The notes under the pieces are model-generated. The model searched no databases, was not told the origin of the DNA, and worked only from the letters and a program-made list of their open reading frames with translations. The position numbers and the translations under genes are program-made. Shown piece by piece: positions 1 through 13,500 of a stretch of 64,000 nt of DNA (position 1 is its first letter; every line of letters begins with the position of its first letter). Source of the stretch: Balanoglossus misakiensis (lineage: Eukaryota; Animalia; Hemichordata); assembly GCA_040954595.2 (NCBI GenBank), contig CM082580.2, positions 8,348,390 through 8,412,389 of the forward strand, written 5' to 3'.

Positions 1-3000
1 TGGCCATGCATCTGATATAATGATTACCGGTCTTTTGTCAGAATGGAACTGATCACTGCTGTATGATCAAATAATCTCGGTTTTCTACACAAAAAAAACA
101 CCGTATCTGATTAACCTCCGTGACTTTGTGCGTCATAATGCTGCTATTTGGTAAATGCATGTATCGGCGAATATCCCGTATTATGAATACTCATTACGAA
201 GTCTTTCATTTTGAAAGAATGAGACGGGAACACAGTATGTCAAACGGGGAAGTGCCCTCCGGTGCTTCAAAGGAATGAACTTCTTATCGGGGCTAATATC
301 AAAAGAAGGTTGCAGCGAGGTCTACTCCTTCGGGATCCGCGTAGACTGGAAAGGGGGAAAATCTGTCCGAGATCGCATGCGGCAAAGTTGTTATCTCAAT
401 TTTCGGAGTTGTCGATTGCCATGAAATGTTGCCACGTGATGGAACGAGGAAATATCAAGATCGCGACGCGTCGCGGCCTCGCCCTGTCAGTTTTCCTTCA
501 CACTTGCAACAGGAGTATCCTCTTGCGTGGGAATGGTAAAGGAAATACGGGAATGGGAATTGTTCTTCATTATCGGGAACAGATCTTTTATTCGAGAGCC
601 AATTCCTCCCCGGGTGTTTCATTTCGCTTCCTTGATCCTAATTAATGTTGTGCATCGAGACCTGAAAAACAGGACGTGCGAAGGTGGCTCAGAAGAACTG
701 CTGGTTCTATTTCATCCCAAAACAAAACAAAGCAAAACAAAACAATTGCAAACGTGTGTCAAATATGCGAATACAAAGAGAATTTGGCACTGTTACATGT
801 CCCGCCATACGGTCAGAAGTCTGCAGAATTAGATTATTATTCCAGAATTGAATTAAATATGCAAATGAGGGATTAATTGAATACAGACTGCAAATTGTCT
901 TCTAATACAGTGTAATCTATGTCAGCACAGTACCCCTGGCAAATTGGTAGTTAATTAAAGTGACGCTAATAAATATCTCAGTCTCTGGCTTGCCTTCTGA
1001 TGTCTATTAAAACGTGTAGCAGGAATAAACTTGGATATGTATCTCAACACAAGATTTGATTAAATATGCAAAGAAACAGAAAATTGACATGGCATTCGTA
1101 GAACTATCACAGCAGTAACAATAGGCTCATCAGGAACTGCTGCTTTTAAGTGGTCACCATGTTAGCAGGTGCGCGGAATATTTAAGCGTGCCCTACAGCA
1201 TGCTGGACCTGAGAAGATTGACCCAAAGTGACAGATTCGGTGTAATTCGGCTAGGCCACCAAAGGCTTTATCAGTCAGTAAATTAGACACTTATCTGATT
1301 GCATGCTGAAGAACACGTTCACATTGGGTTTATGAGCCGTATCTCTCGTGCCTCTGTCCTATTTCAGCGATCAATATAGTGTAATGACAAACCACAGAAC
1401 CGTTACAAAATCAATACTCTTGTAATGTCTTATCAGTGAAGAAAATGAAGTGTTTTCATTAAAATGAACTTAAACCTGCTTTAGACACCATAAAGTTAAT
1501 GAGGTGTGGGTGTTCTATTATAGCCTGGTAGACTCTTTCGTCGTGTATAGAAGCGTTATTAGTAAACACGTATTTTGTTCTGTATGCGTGTTTAAATATG
1601 CAAATGTCTTCTTTATTCCATCAACAAATATGTCGTGTGGACATATGCCCGATGTCCATGTATACGAAAACTGACACTGATGCCGAAATGAAACGACGGG
1701 GTCAGCAAGAGCAAATGATTACATGAATTTCTGCAGCAATGAAAACATGTCGAATGTCTGTCAGCAGTTCATCGATCATTTTAGTGATAAACGCGGCAGA
1801 GCGAGAGCGATCATTCAAATTGAATTGGAAAACAACATTTCAGGGATTTAACGTCGCCATCGAATATTGGTAATATCCAATATTAATAAAATTTCAATAC
1901 TTCTGAGATATATTATAAGATTTTCAAGGCCATTGAAAGTATTAAAAAACCTCCTTATACAAAGCGCTTTATATTTCCCGTAAACGTCACTACATGCATG
2001 CGCAGCAAATAACTGTAGTCTGTACTTTACCAACCCTGACGTAAAGACGATTTGACAAATACTGCCTAATGCAGGAAACACCCGCCGGCAAACTTTAACG
2101 CGGGGAAGAAGACAGTGTTTGGGCAAAACTAAACGCGACAGTGCCGCAACGGGTTTGCTCCATCTACCCGTAAATCATTGGTGACAACAGACACATAGCC
2201 GCTGTTAGCGCTTTTGATGTTCACGTTCTCGCGCGCGGGGGCGGGACACAACGATTCTCCTCGTGCATGGAGGATTCTTGAAGTTTTTCATTAGCTTAAT
2301 GTTCTTTGCTTCGCTTTGATCTGGTTTTGCTCTTGAATACCAAAAACATACACGTTAACGTATACAGGCCTTTAACTACCATAGATTGCATACGTACAGT
2401 ACCTACAAGGTAAAACCTATACATGCACGTGTGTGCTGGCATTCTGCGGATAATTTTTCAGACAATGTCAGCGTTCCCTTGGCACTTTCCCCCTGATCCT
2501 TTCTGGAATTTTATTCGCACAAATGCCAGCGTATCAACAGTAGCATTCCAAACGCCTCAATGTCAACCGATGGCAAAAGTTGCATGCATGGATTAACACC
2601 CCATTCTGCCAGTATATGCAGAACATGTTTGAAAGTGGAAAGAGTAGCTGACGATGCGTTAAGATTATGCTAAAAGCATGCTAAACGGTGTTGGCACACC
2701 GCCAGCATTTCGATTGGTTGTACTGTGATAAGTACACATGTATTTTCTTATCTGTAACTGTAAAGTCGGTATAAACACAGCGAGTATTAATCGGTTCTAA
2801 TTTCTGTGGCATTGTACTATTGACATCTCATACCCCGCGCTCCCACGCGCAAAAGAGTTCAATTTCTGTATCATTCTCTGGTCGTGACATCCGTGGCATA
2901 CACATTTAAGGAGAATAGTCGCATTCGCCATTAAGGAGGAAAGTTAAGTGGATTATTAGGTATAATTCCAGGGCTGGAAAGAAGCCAGATGCATTTGGCA

Positions 3001-4465
3001 AAACAAACGCAACAGTTCCATTACTATCATGGCATCTAATGCCTAAAGGCGAACGGAAACCTGAGCACATATAGCCACTGATAACATGGAACGTTGGTGG
3101 GGGGAGGGGCCGGGATGATAGGTTTTCGTATTAGGAGACATACATGCAGGCAGGCATACGTAAAATAGAGGAACGTGACAGTTGCCCCCCCCCCACCCCC
3201 AATTTGGTTACGGATACTACGACCGCTTTGTTCCGTTCATATGGCATAAAACGTGATTTTTTTTTAATTTTCAGATAATTGGATTTTTTTCCAACTGGAA
3301 AGGGTACATCTGATCATTATCTTCAGAACGTTTGGGAGGGCCCTGAGGTTGCGGACTCTCACCTGCGACCATCCCCCGGTAGTCAACGATGCTAAAAATA
3401 CAGAAGGTTCAGGAAATTAGCAAAACCTTCAAATAATGTCGTTGTAGTATAATTGCTTTGCTTGCTTGTTTTCGCAAGATTGACAGATGAGCACTATTGT
3501 AGAAAAACACACGCAATAGGAATGGTAGTAAAAGGTTTAACTTGATAGAATACAACATGCTCATATATGATTTTGAAGGCGAGTTCGAGTTTGCTAAAGA
3601 ACATGTGGAGGCGCGCTGTTTCCGCGTGGCCAACCAGTGAAAGTCTATGGTTGGCTTGATCTCTCTTTTCCCTGGCAACTGGCCCGTACACCTTTAACTA
3701 TCAAGTGGCGAGAAATGAAAAAAAATGCTCAGCAGCCATGTGATTATTGCATCATGAATGTTATGGCATTGTCTAGACTGTATGGTTACAAGTTACAAGA
3801 ATTTCAGAGGCGGCTCTTTAGAGCAGAAGTATAAGTCGATAAAACATATACAGCCTGTTAAGATAACTACAAATCATACATGTTACTTTATTGAATGACA
3901 ATACTCTCGCGAGAGTGTTGAGCGCCAGACGGCGTCTCCCTAACCAATGACGAGACGTAGCAGGGATCGATGTCCAAAGAGCCATTGACAGCCTTTATGG
4001 ATCTTCGCTTAAATTGTTATATCGCCGTGCCTGCTCTATGTTTGAGAGGGTCAAGCAGAAGGTCAAGAATCAGACAAACAGCATATCTCTTGTTGATTAA
4101 TCGACTGCTACTTGTGTTCAGCGTCGTCCCGCGTCTACGGGTCGCAATAAAAACGGTGTTTCCAACAGGCATACGACCCCCATACGGACAAATTTATGTC
4201 TGGAATCAATCATGTTAGCATAAAGCGAAGTGCCTGCCAATTGCTCTAAATTTTGCAGACGTGGCTCGCCCAGCATGTGGAATCGATGTTCTCCGCGCGC
4301 TAAGAAAAATACGTCATGGGATCGGCGGTTGAAACGACACCTTTTAGCTCCCGTGTTCACGAGTGGTGTTAATGAAACGGCGTAAGCAAATTAATTGTTT
4401 ACGTCAAGCTTACCCTTACAGTTAAGAGTTCCTGACAACTGATATAGCAGCATAACATGCGAACA

Positions 4466-7400
4466 TGACGTCAAAAATCCTGTCAAAAGAGTCGGAAAGC
4501 GATGGCGCATCGCGGAGATGGCGCAGACGCGCGCAATTGTGCCCGGAAGTGACGTAGCCCACACTGGCCAGAACCGAGTGCAAACGCATATCTTGTTTCG
4601 TCCGTCTCGGATTCTAGTACGCCTGACTGGACTAGATATCAAATTTTTCGATTAGTCGCGTTGGTGTAGAAACTGTATTTAATTTACATCAAGGCCCCAC
4701 CGGTGAAATAAAAAAATAACCATATTCCTATAGATTTAATAGATACGTGATGATGAGAATAGCAGCGTAGATTGACGCTTAAAGGAATTATTACACCTAT
4801 TTTTATTTCATTTGAGTGTAAAAGATTCATTTAGTAAAATAACCATTTTATCCAAATCAAGACATTATATTTTGGCTGTGGTTTTCTATAATTAATGATT
4901 CATTAATAAAATCGTCGAAATTCATGTCCCTCAGAAAAAATCTCAATTCGTATTTGCCGCGTATAGACCACGTGACATGACGTCATTGGGGGAAGTCGTT
5001 GCCAGTATGTAAACAGTGATATCGTTGCACAGCTTAGCCCAAAGCGAGAGTCCCGCGTTTCCATCATTATTATCAAACGATGCGTCGTCGGGGGCTGTAA
5101 AAACACTATCCGTAGTGTACATAGTGTACATAGATTTCCGAAAAGCAAAGGACTGAGAGAAAAATGGGAGCGCTTCGTACAAAACGGCCCAAAGGTCACT
5201 ACATCACCGTAAAGGTAATGATGAATGGAACTGTACCGGTGTTATGCCAGTTTTGGGTAACCGGTCGCTTGTGAACAGGGAGTTTATCTGTGATATTTAT
5301 GTATGAAATTTGTCGTCCCATTACGTTTTTTTCACAACTGAGATGTCAGCAATGATGTTTTAGTACGGACCGTGTCGGCATGGCGTAGTGCCGCGCACCG
5401 GGTTCTTAGTGTATATATCGGTGATCAGACGAGCGCAGACCTCCGTATCGGGGAGGCAGATCGGCTACGAGAATATTTGAGTTTCACTGAACCACTCCCT
5501 GAATATTTATTGTAAAATAAAAACAAACAAACAGAAAATGATGCTTATTCACCAATCTATATTTCCCACTCGAGAAGACTCTGGCGAATCTCGACCCGCG
5601 CTTGCAGGCATTTCTTCGCTCGGTACATCGACGGATTCCCCACCAGCCCGAACAGGTTGAGGAGAGACCTCACCTCACGCCTTGCTGGTTCAAATCTATA
5701 CGGCTGTGACAGGAATTTCCTTGAAAGCAGCGACGAAGAGCCCAAAACTCTCCATCGCTACTGTCTGAATCTTATACTCTCCCAACAAAATGCCTCGTCA
5801 CTGACCGTGTTTAACGTTGACGCCATAAAAGTCAAGTAGACGACATGTACGCCTCTCGATGCGTTGAATTGTAGACTAAAAGCGAAGGAGAGCCCCCAAT
5901 GACGTCACACGTAACGGGACCGTTCAGACAGAGATTTTTTTGAAGGGGTGAACATTTATTAGGATAACATTTATTCATCGACGAGAATAAAAAAAAAACG
6001 ACACCAGAATTCAAATCATGAATGCAATTTTAGTTTACAGTCAAACAATGAAAAATATTTTTTGATAGGTGTAATAAACTCTTTAAGGTCCGGTAATATT
6101 ATTCCGAGTGGATTCTCATGGGATGATCTCTGCCGCGATGAAAAGACGGGGCGGTGGAATTGCAGTGCCTCGTGTTCAAGCTGGCCTGATAACGTGATCT
6201 ACAGAAGACAAAAACATCATATTGGCAGCAGAATTCTATACGATTCATCATATTTGTCTTCGGGTATTTTGCGTGCGACGATAAACTCCCTGCTCTTGCA
6301 AGTGTGGCGTACATTGTATCAATACCCTGCATCCGTCAATGTAATCGTTTCTGACAAATATTAGCATAGAACTATCTCTCCGTGTGATTTCTGGGTCTCG
6401 AAGCCTCAGAGCGTATTTGCAGAGCTTCACATCCCGAGGAGAAATTATACAGACTGCGCGCTGATCAGCTTCAGTTCGTGCGCTGTTGAGTATACCAATG
6501 CGCTTATTTCTTGTCATGTCGCAGATTTGGTTTTGACTTGAGCAAACTTATCATTGTCTAACTATGAAGTTATGTTTCGATGAAAAAAGTGTCAGCGAAA
6601 GCAAAGCCAGTCGGGGTGTTGTTTTGTACAGTAGGGTCGTCGACAACATCGCAGAGGTCAGATGTATGCAAAATAACATCCGAAAACCGCTGTTAATAAA
6701 ACTGACAGGTGCGAGAATTTGTAAACATTCATGGGACGTCCAGAAAGTCATTCACGTGTCGAACGATGAAATATTACGGCGCCTCGCCTCGCCGGACTAA
6801 TGGATTTCTTCAGCAACGCAATCATTCACAACAAGCGACGGAGAGAAAAAAAAAGCCCTCAAAATTACATACGACTAAACCAATCCCCGACGAGAATATA
6901 TTGTAGGAGATCTAAGTTGGCAATAATGGAACATTTCAACATCTCCGGGGTGTGACCATGCCTGGCTGAGCTGTTCATCACTGTTATGAGATTCGCATAC
7001 CGAAGTTTCAGGTATTCTTCCCGCCGCGTCTGTTGAGTCGTGAGAATGCCTGGCAACTTTCCGAAATAGAAGATACACTCACCATAGTCAAGTGCACAGG
7101 GCCGCACTGGAGCCTCGTCCAAATCATTTTTTTTTTTCGCGCGCAGCACGTACGGTGCGCGGCAATCTGCTCGTAACCATGACAACCCAAATGACCATGC
7201 AAACCCTCGCTGCACTGCCAACTCAAGTCAACCACAATGGGACTACTTTCAAGTCTGTTACGGCGAAGAACTTTTTTTCGCTTTGTATATATATTTGACA
7301 TACGTCACTGGAACATTGACGGCGTCAAATGCGAAAACGTCTGATGAAAGTTTTCCGTTTCATTTCTCAATTTTACCCACGGATTCATTTGCATAATACA

Positions 7401-10400
7401 TATATTGAAATGTGTACTAAAACTAGTCCAACATAACTGCCCCAAATTTTGTTCAAATCTGATAGATAGTCAGATATCCATGACACAGACCCACTCACAC
7501 GTACAGACAGAAACCTTTTTACCACGGAACACGGAGACGAAAATTGCATATGTTATTTTGTCTATAACCCCCTTGGAATACTATATGACTGATATTACAC
7601 TAATAATGTAACTGCATTGTACTTTACTAATGATGCCATTACCGGCAGCCGGCAGTGACTACTGAGCAACAAAAAGGTCGCATAACCCCAATGATGCAGA
7701 AGATGACAGACAAGCGGATAAGACTAGAGTGTTCGGCTGAAACATTGGGAGGTCGGCGAAAAGGGTCGCAATGACGTTGCGACACGGGTTAAAACAAGAG
7801 ATGCTAGGAAGGTGGAAGCAGTGTTTTTGGACAGAATAGGATCTTTTTGACGAGCCCGGGAATGGAATTAGATGGGCAGTCAAAAATGGTAGACAGCGAT
7901 TGGCCCAGATGTCACACACGTAAACCCCCGGGGGCATGGCGTGTGAGTTTTGGCCGCTTCGACAGTTTCATCTTTATGGACAGTTGATGTGGATCTTAAG
8001 TTACCGTAGCAACGTGTGTGGCATGATTAATTTCGTTGATCGACTTGGCCTCGTGAAGATGAATATATTGATGTAATGATCGACATTGAGCAGCGTTTGT
8101 CTGTGTCATGACATTTTGAAAAAAATATTCAGATCTTAGGGATATTATTTCGATATACCATAACAGTAGAGCTGTTCTCAGTCAAATTATCACACGTCCA
8201 TGCGATATCGTTTTCTTCTTTGTATTGGTGTTGGCGGAATTGGATATGGATGATTATTATGACAGACGAAGCGAAACAAGCTTTTCAGAATCCCATAGAA
8301 AATATTTCTATGCTTTTTTGAGAATAGCACTTGGGTTGCAATGATTAACGTGGGGGAATGTCTATAGATCGTTTATGGTTATTATGATTTTAATGACTCT
8401 AATATTTCGATCTTTCACCCCATCGGAGACCCTATACCCCCTTCGAGCAATTAATGACCACTTTCTTGAGTGGGTGACATAATATGAATAGAACATATCA
8501 CCTGAGGACTGAAAAAAAACAGCGGGACTTGGCAGGCTGTATCGATTTCCAAATGACGAGATTTACTCCAAAAGACACATAATGGCCCCGCTGCGCAATA
8601 TTTCAGTGCATTTGAGTGGACGTGTCGACGAAAACATGAAAAAGAAGCACTAAATCTTCGGCTTTGCGTTTTTAAAGGCGCCACGCGGTGCCGCCGACCG
8701 AATTGGAAGTGTTTTCGAACGTGTGACAACAATGGGAAACGGCTGAACGACGGCTGTGTATCAAGACGATGCAATGAACTAATGTATTTCGCACACTCTC
8801 AGCGGACTGAGCTGCGGCATATCTCCCCCCCCCCCCTCGTCCGAGTTTCTGGTCTCCTGTAGGCGCCGTGACGGCCACAGAGAATATTTTGCGATGAAAG
8901 CTCTCTTTGTTCTACATTCATTCCCGCTTTAAATTTCCGCTGCTCGAGTTGACTTAATGGGCAAGCTTTCCGAAGATTTCGAGTCCACATCTTTAGATTT
9001 CTCTGCGAATCTGCAAGTCCGATGAGACGGTGACGTCAATACGCCTTGTTTCGTAAAGAGGGCGCCCTTGCGAGACGACGCGAAAACGAGGCTAGTAGGT
9101 CACAGAGTAAAAACTTTATCGTCTTTACTGTCGGGTAAGTTTTACACGCAACCTGTATGATATATACAACTAACAAACCGACGAGCTCGGACAGAACTCT
9201 GTGACCTACTGGCCTCGTTTTCGCGTTTATTGCGTGGAGACGGCGCCATTTTTGGACGGGCGCCCTCTTTACGAAACTTGTTCATGCCAATCATCAGCAT
9301 GGCTACACCTGGCAGACGAAGTGATAGCCCAATAAAAGTGCAGAGTCGACAACCTTTCGTCCTTTTCGGGTCCCTCTGCTGCGATATTGGCAAGGTTTAT
9401 CCATGCATACTATATTTCACAATGTGTATGAGCTAAATAACGCGCCCCTTATAGACAGTCAAAGCCAGTCAGCTGACTGAAAATCCCCACTGTCGCGCCG
9501 GCGAGAAGCGAATACTCGCAAACTGATACTTTCCTACTCTTGGGCTTTAGAAGTGGCTTTTCACTTACCCTGAGCGCTCCGCGAATCGTCAGCGCAGACA
9601 AGAAAGCGAAACTTGACCGCGCGGTTTCATCCCCATCTGTGAAGGAATCAGAAGTGGTTCTCCAATTTCCTCAGAGTTTGGAAGGCTTGATTTGCAAACA
9701 AGCGGAGAGTTTTCCCCCGATGATCGCGCACGTTTACACATAAATCTGTAGTCTGCGGGTATCGGGTAATTGAAAGGGGAGCAGCGCGGCGGACTTGATA
9801 TACACGGAGACGCTGAGAAGCTTAGGGCACACGGAGACACACGGAGACGTGATCAATTACAGATAATTCTTGGAGAGGAGAAAGGCCTGCAGTGGCTGAA
9901 CTGCATGCGACGATAAAACAACACGCTCCGAAGAAAGTGATTGAGTATCTGTCGTTATTTTATCGCCAAATATGAGTTTAGAGAATGTTTTGTAGGTTAT
10001 AGGGCGGGAGATATGCATGTAACGTTACACGTCGCAAACCTGATACTCATTTGGCAAAGTTCTGGCGATGACTCATGACGTATCCGAATTAACAACAGAA
10101 ACATTTCTGTTCATTGTGGTTATCATGGTTATTGCGCTTGGTGCTGGGAGCGCCATTACTTCAACAGTTCAGGGACAAGTTTCGCGCCATTTAGAAATGC
10201 CAGCACTCGTGCATATACTTGAAATCGAGAAAGCTACTTTCAAAAATATCCCATTTCAACCACTGCCCCTGGATGTGACATCTGCGACCGCCTGACTGAG
10301 TATACAAGACAAATCTGACCATAGGCTGTTTCTACGCTCTGCTTCATCTCTGAAGACGAGTCCCTGTCTATCAAAATGATGGCCACTGTCTCTGTCAAGT

Positions 10401-10517
10401 ATCTGTGACAGCTATCTGTTACCTGTGCTCACTTTGGTCTCTGCATGGACGCATTAATTTTCACATGCCTATAGCACATCTACGGTCTGCTGGGCGTTTG
10501 CACGGCAGGTGACGTCA
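4466..10517. promoter_or_regulatory. Cluster of perfect CRE palindromes (TGACGTCA)
   Basis: At 4466, 4978, 5900, 9031 and 10510; also ETS-CRE 'ccggaagtgacgt' at ~4543, E-box CACGTG at 4969, and CCAAT abutting the 5900 site. Confidence 0.5.
8000..8013. promoter_or_regulatory. RFX X-box-like motif
   Basis: GTTACCGTAGCAAC matches the GTNRCCNNRGYAAC consensus. Confidence 0.35.
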
Positions 10518-13500
10518 TGAGTGGCATTGCCAAAATCCCCACTTTGAAGACGTGTGCATCGCGTGGGGCTTTTGAGCGTGCGTCTTGGTTTCTGACAGTC
10601 GATTCCCAGCGCATGCCTTTGCTGTGTTTTATCTAGTGAAAACTAAGTTTGTGCGTAAAAGTCACCCATATTTGATATCGGTCACGTAAAACATTGAGTT
10701 TCGAAAAAAAGAACTTTGGCGATATCACGTTATGTTTTTCAAAGATACTATATGTGTGTAAATAGACTGAGATTATTGTCCGGTTTTGCGGAAATATTTT
10801 GCTGGTGGTGTCATTTTGATACGAATGTCTTAAAGGTATACAATGACACTTAATTTACATATGTCCATATATGGTTAAAAGGTCTAAGTCTACGAATGAC
10901 CGGTAACTAGTAATTTGCATAAGAGACAATTTAAGTGAAGGGACTCGATTGTCGATTCAGACGTTTGCGTACAAAACTAAAAATGATGTCGATATAGATA
11001 ATGACTATTTCTCTCTGGGAAGAGATATAACCTGAAATAGATCTGGATGTAATTGGCGTTTGGAGTATACCTCTATTTAGCTTAACTGCATCTGCGACAT
11101 TTGCAAGAAAAGGAGGGTTATTTTACTTTATAGAGAACATCAGCCGCGCAGACGTAATCATAATCACTCCGGGGAGTCATCTTTTCATTTCCGTCTGCAA
11201 ATTATCCATCATCATCATCATAAGGACACCAGACTTTATATGGAATGACATTTTCGTCCTTTCAAGATCGTTTTTTTTTCTCTCTCATTCGGTGATCAAA
11301 TCTTGCTTTCGTGTTCGTCTGTCAATTGTTATGAAACAGAAGTAATTCGTGAAATGCATCGTTCTTGTTCATGTCAACATCAAAACAACCCTTGTCCTTA
11401 GGGGAGAAAATGATTCCAGCCGATGCGCCGCGACCTCCTCCCACGGCCTACCCCGCGCTGGTTATATCGACTTCATTCTGGTATACATCATTATTTAAAT
11501 TTCCAAACTACCCAACTGTACCGGTGATATCTGAGTGAGATGACTTTTCCATTTTGTTGGCAATGGCGTGGAAATGCGAGACCCGAGGAGATGAGGGTCA
11601 TAAGTGGTGCGTTGTACTGAATTTCGCGTAATATTTCCCTGAATTAAGGTTGGTATACCGTTCGGGGTATACGCAGTCTGCATTGCAACCTCCGGCAAAT
11701 TACCTTTAATGCGCTGAGCGAAGAAATGGATGCGTGATATACGCCAACGAGGAAACGCGTTTCTCCGTCAACTGATTGGGAGTAACAAAAACTCATAGTG
11801 AACACGACACAAGCTTACTGCATAATCAAGATATGTGCTAGTGACGCAGTCACTCACAAATGCGGCGAAATAGTTTATCGAGATTGGAAACTAAACGTCT
11901 CTTTGGCCATCTTTGCACGATGTACGCCCGCAAAAATTGCTTCCGCGGCCTCGGGGTTCAAATACACCGAACTTAATTCTGTGATGGCAAAGAGCCTAAT
12001 ACTACAGTTCACTCTATAGGCCCTACAGATGCAGGGCACTGCACTCACTATACGTGCATATGATTGACAAGAGCGACTCGTTACATTGCTGTTGGGGTTG
12101 AATCAAACGATAACAAAACCAGAAGCCTGCAGACACGCTTATTTTTATCAGCCCTGGCTTATCCAATTCTAATCACCGCACAGAGTTTACAACACTCGAA
12201 ACTTTTGCCTCAAAATTTGTTTTCCCTTTGTGTGCGATATAGACAGCGTGGTGATATTGCTTATGGAGAGACCGACATCTTTCGACGCAGTACTTGTAGA
12301 TGCTATTTAAGTCTGGATCATTTGCGTTTTCCTGACATGTGGTTACCATGCACCTACGAGAAATTATTTTCAGTCGCGTGATTAATACCTTGCTGATTCC
12401 AGCCCATAAAGTCAGATAAGTTATATGGAGTCTGCCCGTGGTGATATAACAATGAATACGTATTTTTCACTTTAGGCTCTTTCAGCGGCACCGCATGTTG
12501 CCGTGTTCTTCAAAGCCACATTTGTCATCGAAGATGGTGTGGACAATCTTCCAAGAATGTCCCTTATGGGTTTTCATAGAATTCCGACCTAGCTCCAACT
12601 GAACTCTAAAGGCGCACTGCCTGTAATGTGTTAGCCAATTGAGCGTAGATGTCTGAACGCACTATTTTGCTTTAAAACTTCTTCTTCGACCGTTTGAAAG
12701 TCTGGGGTTCAATCTAATTACGAACAGCAGTTCTCTTAGCAGCGACCATTTTCCTAGTTCAGAAGAAAATTCGAATTTACTCAAATTTCCCCTGATTAAA
12801 AAAAATGACTCAAGATGAGGTTTCTTTCGTTTCATACAAAAGCTCGCACACGCGGGAACAAAATGCACGGTGCCACAAATTCGATTCCATTGGGAAAACG
12901 TCACAAAATGTCCGCATTAACTTCTTTGTTCTGGAAACCACTCTTAAAAACGGATGTGTCGAATTACAACCCTGGGGGCGAGGGAAGAGTTTTGCATCGT
13001 GTGCTGCTTTCTTGCAATGATGAACGACATCCAAATGTTGCAGGCAATATGTACAATTATACAAGACACAGAAACGATCGCTCGGGTATTAAATGTCAGT
13101 ATAGAATATCTTCGGCAATTGCCTCCCAATTCTCGTTTGATGGGTTCTATTCGAAATGACCACCATGTGTTCCCCCACCCCCGCATATTTTAATCCTTTC
13201 ATGCATCGTTGTCTTGGCTATAGAAGACAACATATTAGCAAAAGCAATGTCACCATCTGCGCTCGGGCAGAATCGGTTTTTCGCGTATCCAAAGCAGCTA
13301 TACTTTTGAGTTTAATCCTCTGTGTTAAACATTGGTGCTGCCAGATAAGAGCCACATGGGCTATTTGCGTATAAATTTAGTAAACTCTTGAAACCGATTT
13401 CATCAAAATAATGGAAAATGGCTCTGCGTGGACTGAGTCGTAATGGTTTCTCTCACATCATTCTGCGCGTCGGTAGACAGCAAGGTGCGATTCGCCTGCA

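Noticed and set aside
9801-9849. Three copies of acacggagac
   Set aside because: Short local tandem repeat; no CRISPR-like spacer structure and the DNA is eukaryotic.
10830-11709. TTAAAGGTA...TACCTTTAA as a possible Kolobok/T2-MITE
   Set aside because: Only 5 bp of inverted match beyond TTAA; within chance.
262-13000. Dozens of 60-130 aa ORFs in the left region
   Set aside because: No recognisable domains or spliceable chains, many non-ATG starts; consistent with random ORFs in non-coding DNA.
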